Shown here: piece after piece, positions 10,352-20,151 of the stretch
Position numbering within the stretch: the first letter of the stretch is position 1
Layout: every line of letters starts with the position of its first letter
Assembly: GCA_963847445.1 (NCBI GenBank)
Contig: CAWJZV010000048.1
Location: 1 to 64,000, forward strand
DNA length: 64,000 nt
Reading direction: 5' to 3'
DNA from: an uncultured delta proteobacterium
Lineage (GTDB): Bacteria > Desulfobacterota > Binatia > UBA9968
Notes under the pieces: model-generated
Databases searched by the model: none
Seen by the model: only the letters and a program-made list of their open reading frames with translations
What the model was told of the DNA's origin: nothing
Made by a program: the position numbers and the translations under genes

Positions 10352-11191
10352 ATGACTATCGAAACCCGATTGTTAAGCTTCAAAACCAGCGACAAAGAAA
10401 CTCTGCACGGCCTGCTGTTCACGCCGCGCGAGCGCAAGTCCGATGTCGCGCTCCTGCTCGTCCATGGCGTGGCGATGAATTTTTATCTGCCGCCGCTCGC
10501 CACCTTCGGCCAAGCTTTGGCCGAACGAGGGCATCATTGTTTCGTCATCAACACGCGCGGCCACGACTGGATCAACCGCGCCGGCGATCTCACCGATTTC
10601 TGTGGCGCGACCTATGAAAAATTCGAGGACAGCGCCCAAGACTTCGACGGCGCCTTGGAATGTTTGAGCCAGCAGGGCTACAAACGCTTCATCCTGGTCG
10701 GCCATAGCCTGGGCTGCATCAAGTCGCTGCTCTACCAAGGAACCCGCCGGCGCCAGGACGTAATCGGCGTGATCTCCTGTTCCTGTCCGAAAGCAGTTCT
10801 ACTCGGCGCGCGCCGCCGAGCAGCCCGAGTTCAAAGCGATCATGGAGCAAGCCGAATCCATGGTCGCCGCGCGGCAAGGCCAAAGAATTTCTCTGGGCGC
10901 GCGCCAGCGGCGCCATGGCGCTCTTCTCGCGCCGAGACGTTCGTGAATAAATACGGCAAGCATGAAAACAACGACGTGCGCCCCCACGCCGGCCGCTTAG
11001 GCTGCCCGCACCTCGCCATCGCCGGCGGCGCCGAGCATCCGTTCTTCCCGGAATATGCGCAAGAACTCGCCCAAGCCGGCGGCGCCAGCGCAAGCTACAA
11101 AATCGTTCCCGGCTCCGATCATTTCTACCACGACCATGAAGCCGAAGTGATCGACATCCTCGCCGACTGGCTGAAGCAATTCAAAAGCTGA
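10352..11191 (+). CDS. Alpha/beta-fold hydrolase (compensating frameshifts about 10790-10925)
   Basis: VHGVAMNFY, GHSLG nucleophile elbow, C-terminal DHFY. Confidence 0.85.
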   Translation: MTIETRLLSFKTSDKETLHGLLFTPRERKSDVALLLVHGVAMNFYLPPLATFGQALAERGHHCFVINTRGHDWINRAGDLTDFCGATYEKFEDSAQDFDGALECLSQQGYKRFILVGHSLGCIKSLLYQGTRRRQDVIGVISCSCPKAVLLGARRRAARVQSDHGASRIHGRRAARPKNFSGRAPAAPWRSSRAETFVNKYGKHENNDVRPHAGRLGCPHLAIAGGAEHPFFPEYAQELAQAGGASASYKIVPGSDHFYHDHEAEVIDILADWLKQFKS

Positions 11192-11284
11192 GTTGGAGTC
11201 TACCGACGAATGCGAGCGATCTCCTCTGATCGCTTCGAATCTTCGGGACGACTCACTTTATCGGGGATGAGCCGCGAGATTAAG

Positions 11285-12046
11285 TTATGTTTTCTCGAAG
11301 ATGAACACGTCGTTTTCGGCGAGCTTCGGAAAGTCCGGGTGCGCGGAACTATGTTCGCGAAGGGAGTCGAGACCTTCGCGAAATGCGGCATCGTCAATGC
11401 ATTCAAGATCGGAATAGGTACGTAGTGCAATCTTGTCGACGTATTCGGTGGCAGATGCGGCAATCTGATGACTAAGAGTTTCAATCGCGACAGTACGAAA
11501 TCCACAAGAGCTTACCACCCCGCCAAGTTCATCACGGCAAGGAAGACGCCGCTCATCGACTGCGCGAGCCGCAGGAAAAAATCGCTGGTAAAAATAGCTA
11601 TCGAGATTTTCTCGCGTAGTTTGCCGGATGCACAAACTCCCATTTGACTTCAGAACCCTGCCAATCTCGCGGAGCGCCTTCGGACCGTCCGGCAAGGTGA
11701 TGCAAAACTTGTGACATGAAGACGAGGTCGACCACACCATCGTCGAGCGGTATGCTTTCGGCTTGACCCTGAACGAAACGCATAGTGGCAGGATGGGACT
11801 TAGCTTCAGCTGTGAGCACGCATGTTAGCCGCGGGTTCGACGCCGAGCACTTGCGCTGCAAACGCCTCCGCCAACGCAGCCGTGAATCGCCCAGTGCCCG
11901 AACCGAGATCGACTATGAGATTGACCGGTCGCGCTACATAACCTCGGAGTAAATCCACCAACGCATCAGTCGCGTCAGACGTAAGCGTTGCGGCCGAGGT
12001 CGTAGCGCCGGTGCACGTCGGATTCCTGGTAAGCGAAAGTAGCCAT
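11285..12046 (-). CDS. Class I SAM-dependent methyltransferase (several frameshifts)
   Basis: Joined frames give IVDLGSGTGRF, QGQAESIPL, DLVFMSQVLHH, EIGRVLK. Confidence 0.8.
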
Positions 12047-12143
12047 TCCGTCTCTAATCCAAACCGAAGCACAATCAAAATTCGGATCAATTGCTTGGGT
12101 AAGGCTCGTATGGACTCCCAAATTTTTAGCTGAGTGCGAGTCA

Positions 12144-12201
12144 GTTTAACGCCGCGTTCAGCCGCGCGCTTCAGCGCGTCGGCTGCAGCGGGTAGTTAGG
12201 T
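12144..12201 (-). mobile_element. Integron attC recombination site
   Basis: Minus strand ACCTAAC (RYYYAAC, contains the upstream gene's stop codon) ... GTTAAAC (GTTRRRY), with inner palindrome cagccgacgcgctg/agcgcgcggctg; 58 bp. Confidence 0.8.
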
Positions 12202-12840
12202 GCAGCCCAAAAGGGTATTGATCGCAGCGGCATCATGTCTCGCATCATAGCAACTCTTGTCGGGTTCGGGGTGAGCAGGGTCGACCCATCTCCGTAAGTC
12301 TACGAATAGCTTATTGTCCATCTGGGGGACCCGAAACCGAAGAGGCACATCGAGAGCATCTAGCGCAAAACGTGAAGCTTCCTCCACCAAAAGGTAGTAA
12401 GCCAAGCGGCCTCGGACGAATCTAAGTATTGACGTTCCAGCGATTGCCATGCACCCCGGCTCAAAGATGGCGCCCATCTCGATTACCGGGCACACCTCCT
12501 CACTTGCGAATGGGAGCCATATCCCAAATAAGTCACTGGTTCCATAATCCCCGATTACCAAGAGTTCTTCGGGAATCGGCCAGCTCTTCTCTCGAAGCCA
12601 ATCCGATGCTCCGCACACCGTCAACGGACCGTCTCCGTCTAGCGGAAAGAAATTCAAATTGCCACACACTAGACTAGGCCCATTCCAGTTGGTGTAGAGG
12701 GTGCGCAGCTCCTGCGGTAGTCGGGTTCGCACACCATACTCCACCTTCTCTATAGCCGCGGGTTCGGCGGGCGCTGGCAATTCGTGTAGTTCTGATGATG
12801 CGGCAACCGCAGCCACAATTGCTTCAAGCTCAGTCTTCAT
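12196..12840 (-). CDS. SMI1/KNR4 (SUKH)-family protein, gene cassette
   Basis: PAEPAAIEKVE..RLPQELRTLYTNWNG, LLVIGDYGTSD; atypical codon usage; ends in the attC. Confidence 0.8.
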   Translation of the reverse strand: MKTELEAIVAAVAASSELHELPAPAEPAAIEKVEYGVRTRLPQELRTLYTNWNGPSLVCGNLNFFPLDGDGPLTVCGASDWLREKSWPIPEELLVIGDYGTSDLFGIWLPFASEEVCPVIEMGAIFEPGCMAIAGTSILRFVRGRLAYYLLVEEASRFALDALDVPLRFRVPQMDNKLFVDLRRWVDPAHPEPDKSCYDARHDAAAINTLLGCT

Positions 12841-13076
12841 GATTCAGAAATAACGATCATGCAGCTAATAATATACGGATCCATGTTTACTGATAATAGT
12901 ATCGGAAAATGCTGAATGCAAAAGTTCTTCCACGAGCGCGCAATGTAGGAGACAACCGTTTCCGTTCACGTCAAACCGACCAAGTAGAATTATTTGGTAT
13001 CACCTTCCCGCCCGTCAGCACCAATCACCTTGACAGCCGTCACCTCCCATATCATAAGAATCGTTAGAAATTATTT

Positions 13077-13914
13077 ATGAACTACCAAACCCAAATCCAC
13101 ACATTCAAAACCGCCGACAACGAGCGGCTCCACGGCGCATTGCTCACGCCGCCGCACGAGCACATCGGATCTCGGCCTGATCTTCGTTCATGGCGTGGCG
13201 ATGAATTTTTATTTGCCGCCGCTGTTCAACTTCGGCCAGGCGCTGGCGCAGCGCGGTTATCATTGCTTCGTCATCAACACGCGCGGCCATGATTGGATCG
13301 CCCGGGCGGGCAATCTGCAGAAATTCGGCGGCTCGGCCTATGAGAATCTCGAAGACTGCGTCGCCGATCTCGACGCGGCCATCGGCTTTCTCAAGCAGCA
13401 CGGTTACAAACGCTTCATTCTCATCGGCCATAGCCTCGGCGCCATCAAGTCGATCATCTATCAGGGCACGCAGCGGCGCAGCGATATCGCCAGCATCGTT
13501 TCCTGCTCTGCGCCGAAGCAGTTCTACTCGGAACGAGTCGAAAGACAGCCGAAGTTTCGCGAGCTGATCGCCACGGCCGAGCAGATGGTCGCGGACGGCA
13601 AGAGCGAAGAGCTGATGATGGTGCCGGTGGGCGTCAATCCGGGGCTCTTCACGGCGCGCACGCACTTGGACAAATACGGCAAAGACGACGGCAATGACTG
13701 CCGGCCCCACGCGAAAAACGTCGGCTGCCCGGTGCTGGCCATCGCCGGCGGCGCCGAGCCGCCGTTTTTTCACGAATACGCCAAGGAAATCGTCGCCGCC
13801 GCCGGCGGCCAGTCGATGTATCAACGTGTCGACGGCGCCAATCACTTCTACAACCGCCACACCTCCGAGATGGTCGAAGTCATCGCCCAGTGGCTGGAGA
13901 AATTTCGAGATTAA
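13077..13914 (+). CDS. Alpha/beta-fold hydrolase, paralog of 10352..11191 (frameshift near 13160)
   Basis: HGVAMNFYLPPL, NTRGHDWI, GHSLG, ANHFY shared with the upstream paralog. Confidence 0.85.
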
Positions 13915-13919
13915 GAATT

Positions 13920-14228
13920 TAACCACAAAGAGCTTAGCGTGGCATAAGCGCAACCAAAAGAAGAATGGCCGCAAAGAACGCAAAGGGCGCAAAGTTCGGA
14001 TTTCTGTGTAGGGGCGTATTGCATACGCCCTGGGGTGGCGGCGCGGCAATCGCATGATTGCGAAGTTCGCGCAGGCGACGCAAATTATCATGGATAGTAG
14101 TACCAAAGACACAAAGTAAACGAGTAATCGGATTCGGCCGATTTGCCGCAACGAAACGTAAGCGTCTCTCACGCGGCTCTCATCCCAATCTCATTATTAC
14201 TATGTGAACTTTGTGCTCTTTGTGGTTA
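13920..14228. mobile_element. Composite repeat copy A: REP arm interrupted by a non-coding insert (13934-14101) containing a GTAG hairpin
   Basis: Ends and inner gtaggggcgtat-NNN-atacgccc hairpin shared with copies at 21.3 kb and 63.0 kb; partner inverted arm at 14203-14228. Confidence 0.65.
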
Positions 14229-14257
14229 GATCACTGCGAAAGGACTTTCCAGAACAA

Positions 14258-15289
14258 ATGAAACGAACTCAGCGTATTTTATTTACCACGCTCCTCACCG
14301 GAGCCATCTATTTTCTCTGGACTCTTTCCGGCTTCGCCGCAGTCACACCGACCAAGGTCGTCATCGGCTACGCGGCCATGAACGCCCGCGTCGCGCCGCT
14401 GTGGATCACCGAAGAGCAAGGCATCCTGGCAAAATACGGCCTGCAATCCCAGCAAGTCTATCTGCGCGGCGCGCCGGTTTTGGTCGCCGGCATGGCCTCG
14501 GGCGATATTCACTTCGGCCGGAGCGGCGGCAGCGCCACCCTCGCCGCGGTCGGCGCCGGTCATGACTTCAAGGTCATCGCCAGTTTTTCCAGCCGCAACA
14601 GCTACGATCTGATGGCCCGGCCCAATATCAAGCGGGCTGAAGAGCTGCGCGGCAAGAAAATCGCCGTCACCAGCATCGGCGGCAGCTCCTGGATGGGCGT
14701 GATGCTCTGGCTCGAACACTTCGGCCTCGACGCCCAGCGCGACAACATTCAACTGCTAGTTGTCGGCGATCAGCTCGTGCAAATGCAGGCCGTCGAAACC
14801 GGCATCGCCGATGCCGCCGGCCTCGACGGCGTGTTCAGTAAGCAGCTGCGCGCCAAGGGCTTCAACCTGCTCGGCGAGTACTCTGACTTAAAAGCCGCCA
14901 TCGTCGGCCAAGCGATGGTGGTGCCGCAAGCATTTCTCACCCGCCATGGCGACATCGCAGAGAATTATCTCAAATCCGAGGTCGAGGCCCTGGCATTCGC
15001 CACGGCGCCTAAGAATAAGCCGGCGGTGATCAAGCTGCTCATGAAACGGCTCAAGACCGACGCCGCCGGCGCCGAAGAAGGCTATCAAGATCTCCTGCGC
15101 GGCGTCGATCGCAAACCGTTTCCGTCCTTGGAAGGCATGCGCAATATTCAGCGCATTTTGAAGCCGCGCAATCCCAAGCTCGGCGATATTAAAGTGGAGA
15201 ACGTCATCGACGACCGCATCATGCGCAAGCTCGATGAGTCCGGCTTCATCGACCGCGCCTACGCCGCCCAGGGCGTAAGTTTGAAATGA
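14258..15289 (+). CDS. SsuA/THI5-like substrate-binding protein, tandem copy 1
   Basis: PLWITEEQG, RGAP, SSRNSYDL, WLEHFGLD, DESGFID. Confidence 0.9.
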   Translation: MKRTQRILFTTLLTGAIYFLWTLSGFAAVTPTKVVIGYAAMNARVAPLWITEEQGILAKYGLQSQQVYLRGAPVLVAGMASGDIHFGRSGGSATLAAVGAGHDFKVIASFSSRNSYDLMARPNIKRAEELRGKKIAVTSIGGSSWMGVMLWLEHFGLDAQRDNIQLLVVGDQLVQMQAVETGIADAAGLDGVFSKQLRAKGFNLLGEYSDLKAAIVGQAMVVPQAFLTRHGDIAENYLKSEVEALAFATAPKNKPAVIKLLMKRLKTDAAGAEEGYQDLLRGVDRKPFPSLEGMRNIQRILKPRNPKLGDIKVENVIDDRIMRKLDESGFIDRAYAAQGVSLK

Positions 15290-15357
15290 TGCGTTAATCA
15301 CAACGCGCGCGGCAAGAGTTCTGGGCGCGCAATATGAATCTCACGGAAAGACATACC

Positions 15358-16389
15358 ATGAAACACCGCCATCACCTATCCAGCGTGATCTTCTTCACTC
15401 TGTTCACCGGCCAGCTCCTTTGCGCCCTGCCTGCCTTCGCCGCCGCGCCGGCGAAGCTGGTGATCGGCTACGCCGCGATGAGCGCGCGGGTGATGCCGCT
15501 GTGGGTCGCCGAGGAGCAAGGCATTCTCGGCAAATACGGCATCGAGTCCGATCAGATTTTCATCCGCGGCGCGCCGACCCTGGTGGCCGGACTGGCGTCG
15601 GGCGACATTCACATCGGCAGCACCGGCGGCAGCGCCATGTTAGCCGCCATCGCCGCCGGCCATGATTTGAAGATGCTCGCGGCCTTTTCCAGCCGCAACA
15701 CTTACGATCTCGTCACCCGGCCATCGATCAAGAAAGCCGAAGAGCTGCGCGGCAAGCGCTTCGGCGTCACCAGCATCGGCGGCACGGTCTGGATGGGCAT
15801 CATGCTCTGGCTCGAACACTTCGGTCTCGACGACCAGCGCGACAAGATCTCGATCCAGGTGATCGGCGACCAGACGATCCAGATGCAAGCGTTGGAAAAC
15901 GGCACCATCGATGCCGCCGTGCTCGACGGCGTGTTCAGCCGGCGCTTGAAGCAAAAGGGCTTCAACATCACCGGCGAATTTGCCGAGCTCAAGCATCTTT
16001 ACACCAGCCAGGCCATCGTCGTGCAGGGCAAGCTGCTGCAACAGCGTCCTGACATGCTGGAGAATCTCTTGAAAGCTCAAGTCGAAGCGATCGCCTTCTC
16101 GCTGGCGCCGAAAAACAAACCGACGGTCATCAAAACCTTCATGCGCCGGCTGCGCATCGATGCCGTGACCGCCGAAGAAGGCTATGCCGACCTGCACCGC
16201 GCCGTCGACCGCAAGCCCTACGCTTCCGTGGAAGGCATGCGCAACGTGCAGCGGCTGATGGCGCTACGCAACCCGAAAGTCGGCGAGGTCAAGATCGACA
16301 ATATCGTCGACAACCGGATCATCAAGAAATTGGATGACAGCGGCTTTATCGATAAAGCCTACGCCGCCCAAGGCACGAGCTCTAAATAA
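15358..16389 (+). CDS. SsuA/THI5-like substrate-binding protein, tandem copy 2
   Basis: Same motif set as copy 1; intact ORF. Confidence 0.9.
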   Translation: MKHRHHLSSVIFFTLFTGQLLCALPAFAAAPAKLVIGYAAMSARVMPLWVAEEQGILGKYGIESDQIFIRGAPTLVAGLASGDIHIGSTGGSAMLAAIAAGHDLKMLAAFSSRNTYDLVTRPSIKKAEELRGKRFGVTSIGGTVWMGIMLWLEHFGLDDQRDKISIQVIGDQTIQMQALENGTIDAAVLDGVFSRRLKQKGFNITGEFAELKHLYTSQAIVVQGKLLQQRPDMLENLLKAQVEAIAFSLAPKNKPTVIKTFMRRLRIDAVTAEEGYADLHRAVDRKPYASVEGMRNVQRLMALRNPKVGEVKIDNIVDNRIIKKLDDSGFIDKAYAAQGTSSK

Positions 16390-16427
16390 AAGCTATAGCC
16401 GCAAAAACGCAAAGTTCACAGAAGGAT

Positions 16428-17463
16428 ATGACACCGATGCGCCGCCAAAAGTTTGCCAGACTTACTCTTTCGCTCTTTTTATTGTTGCTTTGTTACGGGC
16501 TTCCGTCGATCGCCAATGCAGCGGTTCCTGGCAAGATCATTCTCGGCTACGCCGCGCCCGCCCGCGCGCTGCCCTTCTGGGTGGCACAAGATCTCGGACT
16601 GTTCCTTAAATACGGCGTCGATGTCGAACCGGTGTTCATTCGCGGCGCGCCGATTCTGGTCGCCGGCCTGGCTTCGGGGGATATCCATGTCGGCAGCACG
16701 GGCGGCAGCGCCACCCTAGCCGCCATCGCCGGCGGCCAGGACTTGAAAATCATCGCAACCTTCGGCAGCCGCAATACTTTCGACTTGATGACTCAACCCA
16801 ACATCAAGCGACCGGAGGATCTGCGCGGCAAGCGCATCGGCCTGACCAGCATCGGCGGCACCACTTGGATGGCGTTGTTGCTCTGGCTCGAACATTTCGG
16901 CCTCGATGTCCAGCGCGACAAGATGCAGCTCCAGGCGATGGGCGAACAGGCGATCACCGTGCAGTCGCTGGAGGCCGGTATCGTCAATGCGGCGATCTTC
17001 GAAGGTATCTTCAGCCGGCGGCTCAAGGCCAAAGGATTTAACACGCTGGGCGAATACTCCGCGCTCAAACATCAATTCCTCAGCCAAGCCCTGGTGGTGC
17101 AGCGCAGCTTTCTACAGCAGCGCAGCGATACGTTGGAAAATCTGCTGAAAGCGGAAATCGAAGGAGTCGCCTACGTATTGGCGCCTAAGAATAAACCCGC
17201 AATGATCAAGACCTTGATGCGGCGCATGAAGACGGACGCCGACGGCGGCCGAAGAGGGCTATCTCGACCTGCTGCGTGCCATGGAACGCAAGCCCGTGCC
17301 GACGGTGGAAAGCATGGTCCATGTGCAGCGCTTGATGAAAATACAGAATCCTAAAATCGGCGACGTCAAGCTCGATGACATCAACGACGCGCGCTTGATC
17401 AAGAAACTCGACGACAGCGGCTTCATCGACAACGCCTTCGCGGCGCAAGGGATGAAACCGTAG
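16428..17463 (+). CDS. SsuA/THI5-like substrate-binding protein, tandem copy 3 (frameshift near 17245)
   Basis: ORFs 16428..17354 and 17281..17463 join to give the shared motif set. Confidence 0.88.
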
Positions 17464-17470
17464 TAATTTC

Positions 17471-17501
17471 GTTCAAGGTTCAAGGGTTCAAAAGTTCAAG
17501 G
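17471..17501 (+). repeat. Short tandem GTTCAA(R) repeat
   Basis: gttcaaggttcaagggttcaaaagttcaagg. Confidence 0.6.
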
Positions 17502-17571
17502 TCGGACCGCTGAAAGAAGTCAACCACGTCTGCCAAGGAGAGACTATTTCAATGCCCAGACTCTAGAATTA

Positions 17572-18601
17572 TGTACGATTAGCCAGAAAGTTTTGCTGCA
17601 CAGCGATTCTCGGATTTTTGCTTCTCGTCGTTCCCACGAACATTCACGCCGCCGCGGCGCCGACCAGACTTGTCATCGGTTACGCGTCGACCACGCCGCG
17701 GCTGATGCCGCTTTGGATGGCGCGCGATCAAGGCTTCTTCGCCAAGTACGGCATCGAGTCGGAACCGGTGCTCTTGCGCAGCGGCGCGACGCTGGTGACC
17801 GGCATGGCGTCGGGCGATATCCAGATCGGCCGCACCGCAGGGGCGGCGGTTCTGTCCGCGGTGGCCGCCGGTCATGACATCAAGATGCTGGCAACCTTCT
17901 CGAGCCGCAACTCCTACGACGTCGTCACTCGCCCCCATATCAAACGAGCCGAAGACCTGCGCGGCAAAAAGCTCGCCATCAACAGCATCGGCGGCGGCAC
18001 ATGGATCGGCGCCATGTTGTGGCTCGAACATTTCGGCCTCGACTTGCAGCGCGACCAGATCCTGCTTCAAACCATCGGCGATCAAGGCATGCAGTCCCAG
18101 GCCTTGGAATCCGGCGTCGTCGATACGGTTTTCGTCGACAGCGTCTACAGCAAACTGTTAAAGCAAAAAGGCATGAACATCATCGCCGAGTCGCACGAAC
18201 TGAAACAGCCGCTGGTCAGCCAATCGACGGTCATGCCGCATAACTTTCTGCGCCAGCACCCGGACATCGCCGAGGGTTACGTCAAAGGCGAGATCGAAGG
18301 CATCGCCTTCGCCACCGCGCCGAAAAACAAAGCGGCGGTGATCAAAATTCTCATGCGCCGGCTGCGCGTCGACGCCAACACCGCCGAAGAGGGTTACACC
18401 GACATGTTGCGCGGTGTCGACCGCAAACCGTTCGCCTCGTTGGAAGGCATGCGCAATCTGCATCGACTGCTGAAACCGCGAAATCCCAAGATCGCCGACG
18501 TGAAAGTCGAAGACGTGGTCGATAACCGGATCATGCGCAAGCTGGAAGAGTCCGGCTTCATCGACAAAACCTTCGCCGCCCATGGCGCTAGCTTCAAGTA
18601 G
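17572..18601 (+). CDS. SsuA/THI5-like substrate-binding protein, tandem copy 4 (start uncertain, frameshift in the signal peptide)
   Basis: PLWMARDQG, SSRNSYDV, WLEHFGLD, EESGFID. Confidence 0.88.
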
Positions 18602-18604
18602 GAG

Positions 18605-18670
18605 CGATCGGCCGTCAGCAATCGTCTCTCAGCTTTGATCTTTGCGCTGGCAGCTGATAGCTGATTGACG
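18605..18670. repeat. Inverted heptamer-type repeat (TCAGC/GCTGA)
   Basis: gatcggccgtcagc..tctcagc facing gctggcagctgatagctgattg. Confidence 0.5.
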
Positions 18671-18687
18671 ACGGTTAACGGAGGCCG

Positions 18688-19746
18688 ATGTCTATGAAGA
18701 GTTCTAAACAAATCGTCTTGGGCAAACTCACATTGGTTATTTTCACTTCCATCGTGATGCTCGCCTTCGGCGCTCATAACGCGCGCGCCGCTGCGGCGCC
18801 GGCCAAGCAGGTCGTCGGTTACGCCACCTTCACCGCGCGCATCGTGCCGCTCTGGCTCGCCCAGGAGCAAGGCTTTTTCACCAAGTACGGCATCGAGGTC
18901 GAACCGGTTTTCATCCGCGGCGCACCGACGTTAGTCGCCGGTCTAGCCGCCGGCAGCATGCAGATCGGCCGCACCGGCGGCAGCGCCATGCTGGCGGCGG
19001 TGGCCGCCGGCCATGATTTCAAAGTCGTCGCCGCTTTCAACACGCGCAACACTTACGACCTGGTCGTCCGGCCCAACATCAAACGCGCCGAAGATTTGCG
19101 CGGCAAGACTTTTGGCATCACCAGCATCGGCGGCACCAGCTGGATGGGCGTGATCCTGTGGCTGGAGCACTTCGGTCTCGATGAAAAGCGCGACAACATT
19201 CGTTTCCAAGTCATCGGCGATCAAAGCGTGCAAGTGCAATGCGTCGAGACCGGCCTGTGCGACGCGATTGCCGTCGACGGCGTCTATACCAAACAGGCGA
19301 AGAACCGCGGCATGAGCGTGCTGGGAGAATACACGCAACTTAAATCTCTGCTGATCGGTCAATCGATGGTGGTGCCGAGCGCGATGCTGCAACAGCGTCC
19401 GGACGTCGCCGAAGCCTATCTGAAGGGCGAGATCGAAGCTTTAGTCTTTTCCCTGGCGCCGAGAAACAAACCGGTGGTGCTTAAAACCTTGTCGAAATGG
19501 CTCAAGGTCGACGCCTCCGGCGCCGAGGACGCCTACCTAGATCTCGTCCGCGGCGTCGATCGGAAACCCTTCGCCGTCCTCGAAGGCCTGCGCAACGCCC
19601 AACGGCTGTTGAAAACCCGCAACCCCAAGAGTAGGCGAAGTCAAAGCCGAAGACGTGATCGACAGCCGCTTGATGAAAAAACTCGACGACAGCGGCTTCA
19701 TCGACAAGCTGTATGCGAGCTACGGAGTGAAGCCCGAAATAGCTAA
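18688..19746 (+). CDS. SsuA/THI5-like substrate-binding protein, tandem copy 5 (frameshift near 19630)
   Basis: PLWLAQEQG, NTRNTYDL, WLEHFGLD; DDSGFID in the shifted frame. Confidence 0.88.
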   Translation: MSMKSSKQIVLGKLTLVIFTSIVMLAFGAHNARAAAAPAKQVVGYATFTARIVPLWLAQEQGFFTKYGIEVEPVFIRGAPTLVAGLAAGSMQIGRTGGSAMLAAVAAGHDFKVVAAFNTRNTYDLVVRPNIKRAEDLRGKTFGITSIGGTSWMGVILWLEHFGLDEKRDNIRFQVIGDQSVQVQCVETGLCDAIAVDGVYTKQAKNRGMSVLGEYTQLKSLLIGQSMVVPSAMLQQRPDVAEAYLKGEIEALVFSLAPRNKPVVLKTLSKWLKVDASGAEDAYLDLVRGVDRKPFAVLEGLRNAQRLLKTRNPKSRRSQSRRRDRQPLDEKTRRQRLHRQAVCELRSEARNS

Positions 19747-19960
19747 GTAATAATACGAAGTTAATGAACGATTCGGATAGTTCACCGCGACAGCACGGAT
19801 AACGCCGAGCACGCCGGGCTAAGAACAAAACATCTCTAAACAAAGGAACGCGGCCCTTGCTGTCCGCGAGCGGGTTAGAAAACCCGCGCTCCGTTAAATG
19901 CAACAGAGCTTGGACCAGCTATACCCATACTCGGTTCAGGGTGATGGCGAGCTCCTATCT

Positions 19961-19986
19961 GTCATTTCGAGCGAAGCGAGAAATCT
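19961..19986 (+). repeat. REP-like element GTCATTTCGAGCGAAGCGAGAAATCT
   Basis: Hairpin; same family as the element at 8888-8912. Confidence 0.55.
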
Positions 19987-20151
19987 TTCCCATTCCGGTA
20001 CACTACGGCCAAAATCAAACTGAGCTATCAACTCGACGGAGCAAGTCTTGACGGCACAAGTTTCTATGTACTAAGTCTGAGTCGATAGACGCCAAATTCA
20101 AACCCGAGCTCTGCTCACAGAAGCGTCACCTAACCAGCGAAAGGAACTCTT

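Noticed and set aside
11195-11290. Possible second attC after the methyltransferase (ACATAAC ... GGTAGAC on the minus strand)
   Set aside because: The R' box deviates from GTTRRRY and the inner arms do not pair convincingly.
13966-14116. 9-bp-periodic CGCAAAG repeats as a possible CRISPR array
   Set aside because: There are no constant-length repeats with unique spacers and no cas genes; the arms are arranged as inverted REP-like pairs.
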